Positions 12,417-26,070 are shown, numbered from the stretch's first letter. The stretch: 64,000 bases of DNA from Octopus sinensis (GCF_006345805.1 NC_043003.1:47616001-47680000), one strand, 5' to 3'. Made by a program: numbers and translations. Notes: generated by a model not told the origin, from the sequence alone.

Positions 12417-13909
12417 TGTGTGTATATATATTTAATATGTACAGAGGTATCAAATTACCGGACCAGGTGTCATAGCAACAAAAAAACTAAAAACTAATCA
12501 ACAGTCGGCCAGTCATGATTATGTTAGTGTCCTGAAGAAGTACAACATTAATGTATGTCTGTTCAATCTAATCTCTTGAGAAAGACTCCAGATGCAGAGA
12601 GTATACTCAAACATTTTATATTCTAATCTGTCAGCTTATCTTTTGAAAAATGTTTGTGGTTATCCACAAACTAATCTCACTTTTCATGAAAAATTGGTGA
12701 GATCAAAAATAGCTGATCCCTACGAGCAACAAACACCTAAATCCCAATCAGTGTGGCTTTCAAAAGGGCAGAAGGAGCCTAACAAAGCTTTTACCCCACT
12801 TTGATGTCTTAAAGGTTTTGGAAGTGGACTCACTATCTGACACTGAAATCTGTGGAAAACTATTGCATGGAGTGCAAGCATGGCTGTGTGGTTAAGAAGC
12901 TTGCTTTGCAACCACTTGGCTTCGGGTTCAATCCCACTGTGTGTGACACCTTAGGAAAGTGTCTTTTACTATAGCCCTAGGTTGACCAATGCCTTGTGAG
13001 TGAATTTGGTCAACAAAAACTGTTGGAAACATGACATATAAACATCAGATAATTATGATTTTATTCAGCATATTTCTCCTCTCAGATCCACATACCTATT
13101 GCAGCAGTCCTTCAGTTTTCCTAAGCCCTGTAAAAGAACTCAGAAGGTTAGACCACCAACTAGGCCTTTTGTGATACCCTTAAAACCAGGAACTTTTCAG
13201 CACCTCTTCATATATGCATGTGTGTTTGTCACTGCCCACTGCTTGACAACTGGTGTTGGTTTGTTTATGTCTCTGTAACTTAGTGGTTTAGCAAAAGACA
13301 CTGATAGAATAAGTACCAGACTTTAAAATAAGTATTGGAGTTGATTTGATTGACTAAAACTCTTCAAAGCAGTGCCTCAGCATGGCTGCATATAATTGAC
13401 TGAAATAAGTAAAAGATGAAAGATTAAATTGTTTACTGCAAAACATTTCCTTTAGTGACGTCCACCATGGCAGAATGCTGAACCCACTTCTTATCAATAT
13501 TTGCCCCTATAACAAGGCAGTGAGCTGGCAGAATCATTAAGCACAGTGGACAAAATGCTCTATCTTTATACTCTGGGTTTTTTTCTTTTTGTCCTTAGAA
13601 CTTTCCAGTCAAGAGATCCAGATGTCTTCACACTGCCACTTTCTATTTTTACAGAGTTTCGCTTGGAATACTGTCACCGCATGTAGTCTTCTAGAGCAAA
13701 ATATGATAATTAAGACACTTAAGATGATAATCACAAAAATTAACTGTAATAACAGGCCTTGATTACTGGAACTGCCTAAAAAATTCCAGACTATTTTCTC
13801 TGCTGCTATCATGAGTGCTCTACCACAAGGCCCCATCCTTGATATAGTGCAGAGGCTGTGTGCCTCAGTGACCATGGGAGCCATGCAAATACTTCTCTGT
13901 GTGTAAAAC

Positions 13910-14900
13910 TTCATCATCATCATCTTTTAATGTCTGTCTTACATGTTGGTAGGAATTGAATTGTCTGACAGAATCCAGTGGGTCAGAGGACTGCATACTG
14001 CCCCATTGTCTGCCTTGGCACGGTTTCTCCAGCTTGATGCACATTCTAATGTTGACTGCTTTACAAAGTGTACTGGCTATTCATTACACCAGCACTAGCA
14101 AAGATGTCATGTAACGCACAAGACTAAGATCTATAGTGGATGAGAGGGCTATAGCAGATAGAGGAGGCAATTTTATGCAAATTGATAGAAAGGTTAGTGT
14201 ATGAAGGAAGGACTTGAAACAGGTTTCTTGCTGCAGAAGAGATACATAGCTGTTTATATTATACAAGAATGGGGAAGGGGGAGTAATCAGTGTGGAGTTG
14301 GAAAGCGAAATAAAGATATGGTAACAAGATGTCAGAGTGGGCTTTGGAGATGGGGGTAGAAGAACTGAATGAGAGGGTGGACAGAGGTAGCAAGAGTGTA
14401 TTGAGAGCAAGGGATGGTAAGAAATGGGGTAGAGGTGCAAATATACTGAATGATGCACAAGAGCTGAGGTGGAGGGGTTGTCCATGATAAAATATGAGTT
14501 GGATGGTAAGTAAGAGAGAGAAGATAATGAGATTGGGAAAGATATAGGGGTGACTGCAGTGAATGGGTAATCAGTGATATATATGAATTTGGGAGTAGGT
14601 GCTGACTGACTGTAAAAAAGAGGTAAAGAGTGGCAGGATAGAGAGAAAGAGGTGATGTATGGATGTGTGGGTTGTAAGAGTGTGAGTGGAGAGAAAGACA
14701 ATGCATGGGAGAGTAAAGAAAGAGAGAGAGATGTATGGTGATATGGGTCAATCAATAGGAGGTGGTTCAATGGAAAGGGAGAGAGAGAAATAATTTAGAT
14801 GCATAGAAGAGTGGAATGATCAATGTAAAATCTGAAGGAAGACAGACAATATAAGAATGAAGGATGAAGGTCAACTGAGGATATTCTGGATAGTAAGAAA
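13910..14900 (-). mobile_element. Old RTE-associated 3' region with long pyrimidine-rich segment (similar block at 18430-19380)
   Basis: (GAT)n tail and decayed RTE 3' motif on the minus strand at 13910-14110, followed by a strongly purine-skewed + strand. This skew explains the Leu/Ser/Pro-rich spurious ORFs. Confidence 0.5.
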
Positions 14901-15759
14901 AATAACTGGTATTACAGAAAAGATGATAAAATTTGCATTTCTGCCCACATTTAATTACAGTTGCAGAATGCTGCAACTGGTAAGTGATGGTGAGATCAGT
15001 GATAAAGAACAAACTGGTGGAAGGAAGATTAGATAAGGGAACTAAGTGAGGGGCTCAATTTAGATATTTTGCTTTCAGAATCTCAATTTCACCAAGATGG
15101 TCAGGTCATCTTGAGTACCACATACCATTGAAATTTCTAGTTCTTTGTCATCTCTTCTATAAGGTAATAAAGCTACTCAGGAGATCTAATTAGCAGTGGA
15201 GGAGGTTTTGCCTGAAAGTATAGGCTTCCCAACCATGTGGTCTTGAGTCTAGTCCCACTGCGTGGCACCTTAGGCAAGTGTCTTCTGCTATAGCCCCAGA
15301 CCAACCAAAGCCTTGTGAGTAGATTCAGATGACAGAAACTGAAAATAGCCCAGTATGTGTGTGAATGTGTGTGTGAGTGCATTTACACACACACACAAAT
15401 ATATATATTACTTTTTAACAAACAGATGAGTGTTGGCAACAGGAAGGGCATTTGGCTAGAAAATTTGCCTCAACAAATTCTGATCCATGCAAATGTGGAC
15501 ATAAAATGATGATGATGATGACAACAGTTATCAGAATAAGAACAAGATGGAGAAAGTTCAGAAAGCGATTACCTCTGTTGGTAACAACAAGTTTCTCTCT
15601 CATAATGAAAGGCAGATTGTATGCTTTTATACAAATACCTACCTGTGATTTTGACAAAATCTAAATCCTATCATTGCTCCTGTACATTTGCCACATACAA
15701 AGTCTACCTTCTCTGGTAACCTGCCTATGATACTACTGATCTATCCCTAGCTGTCTTAA

Positions 15760-15979
15760 CCCTTTCATTACCAACCTGGCTGAAACTGGCTCTAGCTCTG
15801 AATACAAATGTCTTGTTTTCATAAGTTTTGAATTAAAATCTTCCACCAAACCTTAGTCACAATTTATGTTCCTAACACTAGCTGAATGATAACTAAGTAA
15901 TCTTACTAAATTTTTTGTTATATTTAAAATAATTGAAAGAAATACAGAGCATCTCAAAATAAATACAATAACGAAAGGG
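15760..15979. mobile_element. piggyBac-like MITE (220 bp)
   Basis: TTAA at 15756-15759 and 15980-15983; TIRs CCCTTTCATTAC / ATAACGAAAGGG. Confidence 0.85.
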
Positions 15980-16669
15980 TTAATGACCACTAGATCATAG
16001 AGTGAGGTACTCTGTTGAAGGTTTTCTGCAGGTCAGTGATTGCCCAAGTACATCAGTTTACTTTTAACCAAGTACTTCTCCAACATTTGCTTCATTGAGA
16101 ATAGATACAGATATAAAGATGTAGAGAGCTAAGAAGTGTTTCATTTCATTTCCTTTGGAAAAACCTTTTAAACCTGTATATAAATAAAAACTCACTGCTC
16201 ATTGCTGCACATAGCAGATAGAATTACAATTATTGGAAGGCAGTGAGCTGGCAGAACATATTGGACCAAATGCTTTGTGGCATTCCTTAGCAGCTTCCTT
16301 CCACTCCACCGAATTACTGGCCTTGTGCAAAAATTAGAAAGAATCACCATCATCGTCATTAATATACTGTTCTGTACTCTACCAAGAACTTCATATTCTC
16401 ATAATGTGTGTGTGTGTGTGTGTGTGTGCGTGCGTGCGTGCAATGTGTAATGTTGACATTACACAGAGATGCTTGTCATTTTCTAGCTGAGATGATACGA
16501 AGTTTCCATTCCCTGTTGACATTCCAACCAGTTGCTCTGCGTTTTCAAAAACCAGTGGAGTAAAAAAGTTTATTTATTTTGTAAAACACGTAAGGGAGGG
16601 TGACAGGAAGGGATCTTGCCATAAAATGCAACCTCAAATAAATTCCCATCCAACCCATGCCAACAAAAT

Positions 16670-17660
16670 AAAACCGACGCTAAGCGAAGGAACAAACGAA
16701 TTGAACTAAATTCAGCATATCGGTTTTAATTGCGTTACGTCTAGTGTGTGTATTGATCTAGAAAACGTTGAGAAATTGTGCCTTTCTAACAACAAAATAG
16801 TTACTGGAAATTTCACTTATTAGATTTGTATATTTACATTGAATTGAAAATGATAATTAAAATTAATAGCTTTGTGTTGATAGGCGCTGTTTACCCAGAT
16901 ATACCACATCCCGAAGAATAAATGCGTATATATTGTATTCTTATTATTTATTAGTTCATAATTGAAATTTACATGTTTCAGATTTTATTAAGAGATCATC
17001 TTATTAAAAGAGTAATTACAATTTCTAGGGGTAGGGCTCGAACTACCTACACGTTGGTTACCAGTTGAACGGACTAACCGACTACGCTATTCGTTTACAA
17101 GAAAACGCATCCATCCCACCACGAAGAACAATATAAAGTAGAAATATAAATAAACATAATATAACAAATAATAATAATAACGATGAAGATTTTGGCTTTT
17201 GATAAAAATTAATAACCAATAAATTTATTACGGGTATTATTAGGTAATTATCGCATATTAAATACAAAACAATTTTTTAGAAATTATTTTAAAAACTACA
17301 TCTATTTGACAAACAAAAAAAAATATATATACAGCGTCCTCACACATACAAGCAGTTCCTTGCTGCTGCACACAAGCATCATAATAATACTTGTCTACAG
17401 ACGGCAAGATGGCGACAGCAAACGGAGCTTCGAACAAGAAAAAAGGCTAGTTTGCATCTTTTGTTAATTGCCTGTTACTATAAATAATAATTTATCTAAT
17501 ATTTTTATTGATTTAATGGAACACTTTTGTATTTCATTACGATCATATACAAACGGTGATTATATGTGTAAATAGGCTCGAAAGACACGCAAAAATTTAT
17601 TTTGATATGTATGTATACCATTTTATGTTAACGAGGTTAGCATATAAAACCAGACGAATA
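16670..17660 (+). promoter_or_regulatory. Putative promoter/5' region of the ASB-like gene
   Basis: About 1 kb without recognisable transposons and with visibly more CpG than the flanks. Contains CAAGATGGCG (YY1-type motif that often overlaps start codons) at 17405-17414. Confidence 0.5.
17409..17445 (+). CDS. Probable coding exon 1 (MATANGASNKKK plus a phase-1 G)
   Basis: ATG in caagATGGCG context within the only repeat-free, CpG-retaining block upstream of exon 2. It ends AAAG|GCTAGT (GC donor), and the phase-1 G completes the GAT (Asp) codon with the AT at the start of exon 2. Confidence 0.6.
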
Positions 17661-17934
17661 CAGGGATATTTTTAGTCTATAAAAACTGAGCTCACATTGA
17701 TTTCATGTATTATTGCATATGTGTGCGTATATAAAAATAGAATATATACATGAGTGTAATATGTATTTTGCCTTGAGAAAATATTCTGTACAAGACCAAA
17801 GATTTACAAGTACAACATATACATATATATATAAATAGATCTATATAATTTGGATCGCTTGTTTGCACACGTACTCATAAAAACAAAAATAACAAAAACG
17901 AATCAAACAAATTGGAACAGTATGTGTTTATATT

Positions 17935-18428
17935 AATGTATATATAATTGTGTGTGTGGTATATATACAAACAAACAAACCTATATGCACATAGATATGT
18001 ATTTATGCATATATATCTATATAGATGTGTGCACATGTGTATATATATGCACATGTATATTTATATATATATATTTACGTGTGTGCATGTATATGTGCAC
18101 TTGAGTATGCACATATATGCATGTATGTATATATGCATATGTATATACATATGCATATGTATATATATGCATATAAATGTATGTATTTATATATATGTGC
18201 ATGTTTTCATATTTATACACGAACACATATGCACATTATATTTACAATTATGCGTAAATATGTATACATATATGCATACGTATGTGTATATGCATGCATA
18301 TTTGTATGTATAATGCATATTTAAGTATATGTATATATGCATGTATATGTGTGTCTATATGAATGTGTGTATGCATACATATATGCATATATATTACGTA
18401 TGTACATGTGTGTATATGTATACATATA
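17935..18428. repeat. Long degenerate alternating purine-pyrimidine (TA/TG/CA) tract
   Basis: About 490 nt of nearly uninterrupted RY alternation in intron 1. Confidence 0.9.
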
Positions 18429-19787
18429 CCATCATTTATTGTTCCTGTTCCATGCTGGGATGCGTTGAACTGTCTAGGATCCAATGGCTCCAGCAACAGT
18501 ATTGTGTTCCACTCTCTAATGGCATGGCTTTTCACAGCATGATGCCCTTTTTAATGCCAATCACTTAAAGTGTATACTGGGCGCTTTTGCATGTCACCAT
18601 AACTTTAGAGGAGTGGCCATGCAGCCTGCATGACTATGAACTCTAAGTAAGGCAGTTGTATGCTTGATATGGGGGTTAAGGTATAAGAAAGAAAGAAAAA
18701 AAAACAGCAGAAACCTTTCCAGTTGTAGAGTAACTATGTGGCTACTCATATTTTTGAAGAGCATCTGATGGTGATCTGCATGAAGCTGGGAGGAGATAAA
18801 AATAGTGGGGGTGAATTGTCTGGGTGGACCTTCAAGGTATGAAGTGGGCAGATGTGAGTTGGATGGAACTAGAACTGTGGTTTGAGGTTGCAAGTTTGAT
18901 GGGAGAGTGAGAGATGGGGAATGGGTAAAGAGTGAATATAATTTATGAAGAGCAAATTTAGGGGAGGGTAGGTGGCAATTATAAAGATTGGATAAGGTTG
19001 AGGGGGTAGATATGAATTGTGGATAAGGGTGGGAAGTGACAAATATCGCATAGGAGTGAAGAGCAACAGAATAGTAATGATGATAGAGTAAACAAAGAAA
19101 GGATATGAAAGAGAGATGTGGTTGGGTGTGTTGCAAGAATGTAGTGGGCTGGAGAGGCAAATGTAGTGCAAGGAGACAGTGAGAGACATACAGTGGCAGA
19201 GGAGAGATAATCTGGAGGATTAGGTGAGCTAATCAGTGCAAAATGTGGATGGAGAGGACAGTATAAATGATGAGGGGTGGATATCAATTGAAATGGTTCT
19301 AGGAAGTGGGAAATATTAGTGGTATTAAGGAAGAACTTCAGTCTGAGAGATGGTGGTGCGTCTTGAGGGGGAAATGGAAATTATATATATATATTGTATT
19401 TCAGTATGGTAATTTTTTTTTTCCAAACAAACAGATGCTCTGCTTATTCTGTTCTCTGAGAATGGAATAAGCAGAGCAAGAGCACACACAAAGACAGAAA
19501 GTGTCACTGACGAGGTCACAGATGTGTGACAAAATATTTCCGGACAATGGACCTTAGTTAGAATAAGAACAGCAATAAATGAGTAAAGAACGAATATATA
19601 GTGCATGTGTTTATTTGGCAAAAAAAAAATGACCATCCTGAAATATAACAATATCTGTTTCCACATACGACTTCACATCAGGAATCTTGAAACACAGATT
19701 TATATATATACATATATGCATTAATTTGCATGCATATATATATATATATATATATACACACATGCCATTGTGTGTGTATATATATAT

Positions 19788-20264
19788 GGCCAGAGCCCCC
19801 TGACTGGCTCTCGTGCTGGTGGCATGTAAAAAGCACCATCCAAATATGGTCGATGTGAGGTCCACCTGACTGGCTCCCATGCTGGTGGCATGTAAAAAGC
19901 ACCATCCAAACATGGCCGATGCCAGTACCCCCTGACTGGCTCTTGTGCTGGTGGCATGTAAAAAGCACTATCTGAACGTAGCCGATGCCAGTACCCACTG
20001 ACTGGCTCCCGTGCTGGTGGCATGTAAAAAGCACTATCCAAATGTGATCGATGCCAGGCCTGTCTGACTGGCTCCTGTGCCAGTGGCATGTAAAAAGCAC
20101 CCACTACACTCTTGGAGTGGTTGGCATTAGGAAGGGTATCCAGCTCTAGAAACATTGCCAGATCAGATTGGAGCCTAGTGCAGCCGCTGGCTCTCCAGAC
20201 CTCAGTCAAACCGTCCAACCCATGCCAGCATGAAAAACAGACATTAAACGATGATGATGATGAT
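19788..20264 (+). mobile_element. RTE LINE 3' UTR fragment with a 66-bp tandem array and (GAT)n tail
   Basis: tgactggctc units start at 19801, 19867, 19933, 19999 and 20065, then the RTE terminal motif gagtggttggcattaggaaggg...aacccatgccagcatg...gatgatgat. Confidence 0.9.
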
Positions 20265-20729
20265 ATATGTATGTATATGTACATGTGTGTATATATACAT
20301 ATAAGCATATATATCTGTGTGCATATATACTTATATATGTGTATATACATGCATGGATATGTAGGCATGTCTCTAGTGAAGAAGCTCCCTATGTAAGCAT
20401 GTGGTTTCAGGTTCAGTCCCACTGTATGTCACCTTGGGCAAGTGTCTTCAACTTACTAATGCTTGAGGTCAGCCATTGCCTTGTGAGTAGATGGAAACTG
20501 TGTGGAAGCCTATCACATGTGTGTGTGTGTGTGTACGTGTACCTTTGTGTTTGTCATTTCCCATTACTTGATAACTGGTGTTAGTTTGTGTCTGCCTCAG
20601 TAACTTAGCAGTTGAGCAAAAAAGACTGATAAGTACCAGGCTTAAAAATGACATGAGCAACAGGGGGTGCCCCAGGACCTACTGTCAAATGACTGAAACA
20701 AGTGAAAAATAGATATGCATGCATAGGTA

Positions 20730-20776
<47 letters not shown>

Positions 20777-20953
20777 ATATACTTACATATAGATATGAAC
20801 TTATGTGTGCATATATACAAGGAAATTTGATAAACTGAAAGTTTCTGTATAGCTTACATTTGGCAGCTGGAGTCACTAAGAATAAATTGCTATTATTCCA
20901 TATGTATATGAATGCATATACATGTATGTGTGTATGTATATATATATATATAT

Positions 20954-22106
20954 CGGGTGTGCTGAAAGTGTAACTGCTAGAGTAAGAATAGCTTGGGCAA
21001 AGTTCAGAGAGCTCTTACCTCTACTGGTGACAAAAGGCCTCTCGCACAGAGTGAAAGGCAGACTGTATGATGCGTGTGTACGAACAGCCATGCTACATGG
21101 CAGTGAAACATGGGCCGTGACTGCTGAGGATATGCGTAAGCTCGCTAGAAATGAAGCCAGTATGCTCCGATGGATGTGTAATGCCGGTACTCACACTCGG
21201 CAGAGTGTAAGTACCTTGAGAGAAAAGCTGGACCTAAGAAGCATCAGTTGTGGTGTGCAAGAGAGACGTTTGCGCTGGTATGGTCATGTGGCGAGAATGG
21301 ATGAAGATAGTTGTGTGAAAAAGTGCCACACCCTAGCGGTTGAGGGAACCTGTGGAAGAGGCAGACCCAGGAAAACCTGGGACGAGGTGGTGAAGCATGA
21401 CCTTCGAACTTTAGGTCTCACTGAGGAAATGACTAGAGACCGAGACCTCTGGAAGTGTGCTGTGCGCGAGAAGACCCGGCAGGACAAGTGAGTCCATAAC
21501 CCGTGGCCTTCTACATGGGATGGAGCCAGCCTACGTATGCATACCTTCCCTTCTTGGGACACAAAACTCTACTTGTGAAGACGTGATGAGGCAAGTGAGG
21601 ATCAGAATCGAAATCGATCAATGGAAATTGCGGATGTGCTACCAGTGCCGGTGGCATGTCAAAACTCTGCTTGTGAAGACCCGTTGAGGCAAGTGACGAT
21701 CAGAATCGAAATCGATCAATGGAAATCGATCAATGGAAATTGCAGATGTGTTACCAGTGCCGGTGGCATGTAAGAGAACTTTCCGTTTCGCGACCGTTGC
21801 CAGCACCGCCCCGTTTCGTGTCCGTTGCCAGCCTCGCCTGGCCCTCGTGCCGGTGGCACATAAAAAGCACCATCCGTTCGTGGCCGTTTGCCAGCTCTGT
21901 CTGGCACCAGTGCGGGTGGCACGTAAAAAGCACCCACTACACTCACGGAGTGGTTGGCGTTAGGAAGGGCATCCAGCCGTAGAAACACTGCCAGATTTGA
22001 CTGGGCCTGATGAAGCCTTCTGGCTTCACAGACCCCAGTAGAACCGTCCAACCCATGCTAGCATGGAAAACGGACGCTAAACGATGATGATGATGATGAT
22101 GATGAT
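20954..22106 (+). mobile_element. 5'-truncated RTE-clade LINE (ORF C-terminus plus complete 3' UTR), relatively young
   Basis: Uninterrupted frame 20955-21491: ARVRIAWAKFRELLPLL...LHGSETW...RRLRWYGHVARM...GRGRPRKTW, typical of the RTE post-RT region. CpG-rich 3' UTR with an internal ~100-bp duplication, (GAT)n tail and (TA)n on both sides. Confidence 0.92.
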
Positions 22107-22118
22107 ATATATATATAG

Positions 22119-22322
22119 CCCACTTATGCGTACCTTCCCTTCATTGAACACTGCTTGCAAAGACCTCTCAGAGTGGTTGGCGTTAAGAAGGGCATCCAGC
22201 TGTAGAAACTCTGCCAGATCAAGATTGGAGCCTGGTGCAGCCATCTGGTTCGCCAGTCTTCAATCAAATCGTCCAGCCCATGCTAGCATGGAAAGCGGAC
22301 GTTAAACAATGATGATGATGAT
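22119..22322 (+). mobile_element. Internally deleted RTE 3' UTR copy
   Basis: Start of the UTR (gtaccttccctt) is joined to the terminal motif and (GAT)n tail. Confidence 0.8.
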
Positions 22323-22383
22323 ATACATATATGTTTGGATATCTATGTATATTTTTGTATATACATGTACTCATATATATATA

Positions 22384-23259
22384 CAGGGTGTGATGGGTAA
22401 ATTGTTGCCATTTTATATTTTTAATTTCACGCATGCACATTGTTTTTAATTTTGTCAACTACACAGCATAGTAGAGTCAGTTGGGTACTGTCTGTGAGAG
22501 AAACAGAACCATAACGCAATTCAATCTGCCAGAAATTTGGAAACAACATGCTGTACTGCTTGGCATTCATGCCGGAAGCTCCAAATACAGACAAATAGTG
22601 AACACACTGAACAACTGTTGGCTTGCCATGTCCCCAAAACATGTACTGAGAGTGATGAAAATCAAACATCCAGTCAACATCATGGTGTTTGGAGTGATCA
22701 CTAGTGATGGTGATGTTATGCCTCCATTCATCTTCCCACACGGTCTCAGACTCAATATGGAAGCCTACATCAAGTGCTTGTGATGCCCTGGGTCAAGAGG
22801 GTGGCTGCTGGAAAACCCTAGGTCTGGCAATAGGACTCTGCACCATGCCTCACAAGCAGGAGAACCCAGTCATGGCTGTCAGACAATTTCTGCGACAACA
22901 CCACCCTTAACATCTGGCCACCTAACTCCCCAGACTGCAACCCCCTTAGTTATTATGTATGGGTCGCAGTTGAGTGAGAGACCAACAAAACTCCTTGTAA
23001 CACCAAAGATGAACTGAAGGCAAGGATTATGGCAGCATTCACCAACTTAAACAAGGAGACCATCCAGAAGAGTTGCAAGAGATTCTGAAGTCGTCTGAAG
23101 ACCATGGTTGAAGCCAGTGGCGATTTTATTGAATGAATTTACTCTTTAGTATTTCAAGATATTTTTATGTAATTTTAGTAAATATATCTGTTAAAATGAG
23201 ATGTCAGTGTTATTTTCATTTTTGTGTAATTTAGACAACAATATATTCACTGTACCTTG
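22384..23259 (+). mobile_element. Tc1/mariner-superfamily transposon relic (maT/DD37D-like), internally deleted
   Basis: TA duplication; imperfect TIRs CAGGGTGTGATGGGTAAATTGTTG / CAACAATATATTCACTGTACCTTG. Transposase fragments KHPVNIMVFGVITSDGDVMPPFIF, WQ*DSAP and WPPNSPDCNPLSYYVW. Confidence 0.9.
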
Positions 23260-23277
23260 TATGTGTGTGTATATATA

Positions 23278-23309
<32 letters not shown>

Positions 23310-23339
23310 CTGAATAGGTAGGTATGAAATTGCTGGAGC

Positions 23340-24560
23340 AGGTCATATGTTACTGGTGCTATTTTACCACTAAGACAACTGCAGGAGAAGAATTTAGCCA
23401 AAAATAAATCCTGCACTTGGCATTTGTTGACATGCAGTAAGTCTTTGACAGGGTCCCTCACTTCTCATGTGGTGGTTGTTGTGGAAGCCAGGGATAGATG
23501 AATGTCTGGTGAGAGCCATCCAAGAGCCATGTACAGGGATGCTGTCAGTAAGGTGAGAATCACCTATAAGTATAGCAGTGAATTTAGTGTGCAGGTAGGA
23601 GATTACTAGGGCTCAGTTCTTAGCCCTCTCTGATAGACCTCCAGGCCATAACAGAAATTTAAGACTGGTTGCCCATGAGAGCTCCTTTATTCTGATGACC
23701 TTGTTCTTATATTTGAATCTATCATAGTGGAAGCAAGGCTTGGAATCAGAGGGTCTTAGAGTTAACTTAACAAAGACCAAAGTGTGTAGGAAAGGTCTAA
23801 GTAGTAATTCTATGTGGTGTACTCAGTGCAAGCTATGGACACCTAAAATTTGCAGAGAAATCACAAGAAGATTTACACAGAAAGTGAACTTTGTTTATGG
23901 CAGATGTGCAGAAACAATAAACTCTGCACACACATGGGATATAAATCTTTTATGAATATTCAGGAGTATCTTTAGAGATAGTTGATAATTTCTGTTACCT
24001 AGTTGATCTAATTAGCTGTGGAAGATGAATATTCTGAAATTATAATTGTTTAAACATGAACCTGCTGTGAAAGTTCGGAGAACTATTACCTCTATTGGTA
24101 AAATGGCGCTTGTCTCTGAGTGAAAGTTAGATTGTTTAAAGTGTGTGCATGAACAGCAATGTTACATGATGGTGAAATGTGGGCTGTGAATGCAGAGGAC
24201 ATATGGAAACTAGAGAATATGATACTAGAAGGTTCTGCTAGATGTGCAATGTCAGTGTGCATGTATAACAAAGTGCAAATGTGTTGAGAAAAAATTGAGC
24301 ATAAAAGGTGTAGTGTGAAAGAGCAAAGACTGCTGACATGGTCAAATGATGCATATGGATGAGGATACCTGTATAAAGAAGTACCAATTACTAAATGTGG
24401 ATGGAACTTATAGAAAAGGCAAACCTAGGGGAACATGGATGAAGTAGTGAAGGCTGATATCAAGATGTTGAACCTCAGTGAGAAAATGACGAAGGACTGA
24501 GATGATTGGTAGTTGACCATGTTTGAGAAGACCTGTCCATCTCAGCAAAAATGAGGTCCT
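23340..24560 (+). mobile_element. Degraded RTE LINE reverse transcriptase region
   Basis: Broken translations LRQLQEK..., LAFVDM...FDRVP, GSVLSPL and ELLYSDDLVL (YADD motif), plus C-terminal similarity to the 20954 element. Confidence 0.85.
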
Positions 24561-25660
24561 GAAAACATATTGTCAATGTCTATGCCCTTATATCCAGTGT
24601 GTACTTAAAAAGCCTTTCCCACAACTCAACTTTCTAATAGCTGTCTTTTCTTCATTCTTAGTATGGCTCTATTCCCTCAGCTGCTACAATTATATGAGAG
24701 CAGAAACTGAAATTAAAAAGTTTTACAGAAAAAGATGCATAGAATTTACACACTTAATTTTTTTTGTCATTTATTTAAGAAGTTTTTAAAATGTTAGTTG
24801 GTAATCATGTATAGCATTATTTTATACTTTTTAGAAATCATCAGCATGATATAATCTATAATTTATTAATTGAATATTTTATGAAGTGAGACATTTCATT
24901 AAAGGTGGAAATAATTACAGTCTGAAGGAAATTCATGGAATGTGTTTTTTTTTCCACATTAATAGCTATTATTTATTCATATCCTTTGTATGTCTACTTC
25001 AAGTATTTACTTTCATTAGAAACAAGTTTTTCTGTAACAGGCATAATTGCAGCAGCTATTATTATTATTATTATTATTACCTTGCATGCGTAAGCGAAAG
25101 CAGGGTATTGTAACCACTTGTCTTTGTTTTTCTGCTTGTTTGCAGAAAAAAACAGCTGAATGGATTTTCACCCTGTTTGACAGAAATACTCATTGCATGA
25201 GTGGCTTAAAATTATGAAAATTTGGTTTGATTACCTTCAAACATACACAGCGTCTATTTCTAGTGTGTTGTTGGGGTTTATCCACACACTTCAATATAAT
25301 ATATAATTATAAATTAGTATAAGTACATACATAGATATGTGACTCTGCGTGTGCGTGTGTGTATATACAGTGGTGGATTCAAGGGTTTCATTTATTTATG
25401 AGTTGATTTCTTAATTTTACCAGAGTATAAATACCTATAATGGTGATACTTGAAAAAAAAAACAAATTTTTTTAAAAATCGAACTTATAGATTTCCTGAG
25501 AAGCAAGTTTAGTCAAACACTTGCAAAGCTTAATTCAGTTCATTTAAAAAGCATGGGTAAGCAATGCATTGTAAGCCACACAATAATTTGTGAAAAAATT
25601 TATCTGTGTGCAAGGTATGCAAACAGATAAATTTCATTATTATTATTATTATAGTTATTA

Positions 25661-26070
25661 AGGTGGTGAGCTGGCAGAATCGTTAGCATGCCAGACAAAA
25701 TGCTTAGCAGTATTTCTTGTCTTTGTTCTGAGTTCAAATTCCACCAAGGTCAACTTCACCTTTCATCCTTTTGGGGGTTAATAAATTAAGTACCAGTTGC
25801 ATACTGGGTCAATCTAATTGACTGGTCCCCTTCCCCAAAATTTCAGGCCTTGTGTTATTGAGGTGGTGAGCTGGCAGAATTGTTACCATGCTGGACAAAA
25901 TGTTTAGCAGTATTTCTTCCAGTTTTACATTCTGAGTTCATATCTCGCTGAGGTCAGCTTTGCTTTTCATTCTTTGGAGGTCAATAAAATGAATACCAGC
26001 AGAGCACTGGGGTGGATGCACAGGACTAATTCCATCCCAGAAAATTTCAGGCCTTGTTCCTATAGTTGAT
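25661..26070 (+). mobile_element. Two tandem family A SINEs
   Basis: Two successive aggtggtgagctggcagaat heads at about 25661 and 25861, each with the gttcaaattc/gcctttcatcc core. Confidence 0.8.

Noticed and set aside
14084-14770. 228-aa and overlapping minus-strand ORFs (also 18594-19287)
   Set aside because: Low-complexity pyrimidine-rich strand with few stop codons; several frames are open at once and there are no protein motifs.
19788-20105. CRISPR-like repeat/spacer appearance
   Set aside because: The apparent spacers are homologous to each other, the array is continuous with an RTE 3' end, there are no cas genes, and the DNA is eukaryotic.
19721-20422. 233-aa minus-strand ORF with 22-aa repeats
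   Set aside because: A by-product of the 66-bp period (divisible by 3) plus microsatellite and SINE sequence.
21980-22035. CTGATGA hammerhead-like box in the RTE 3' UTR
   Set aside because: No GAAA follows a stem II, and other copies read CTGGTGCA here, so it is a chance mutation.
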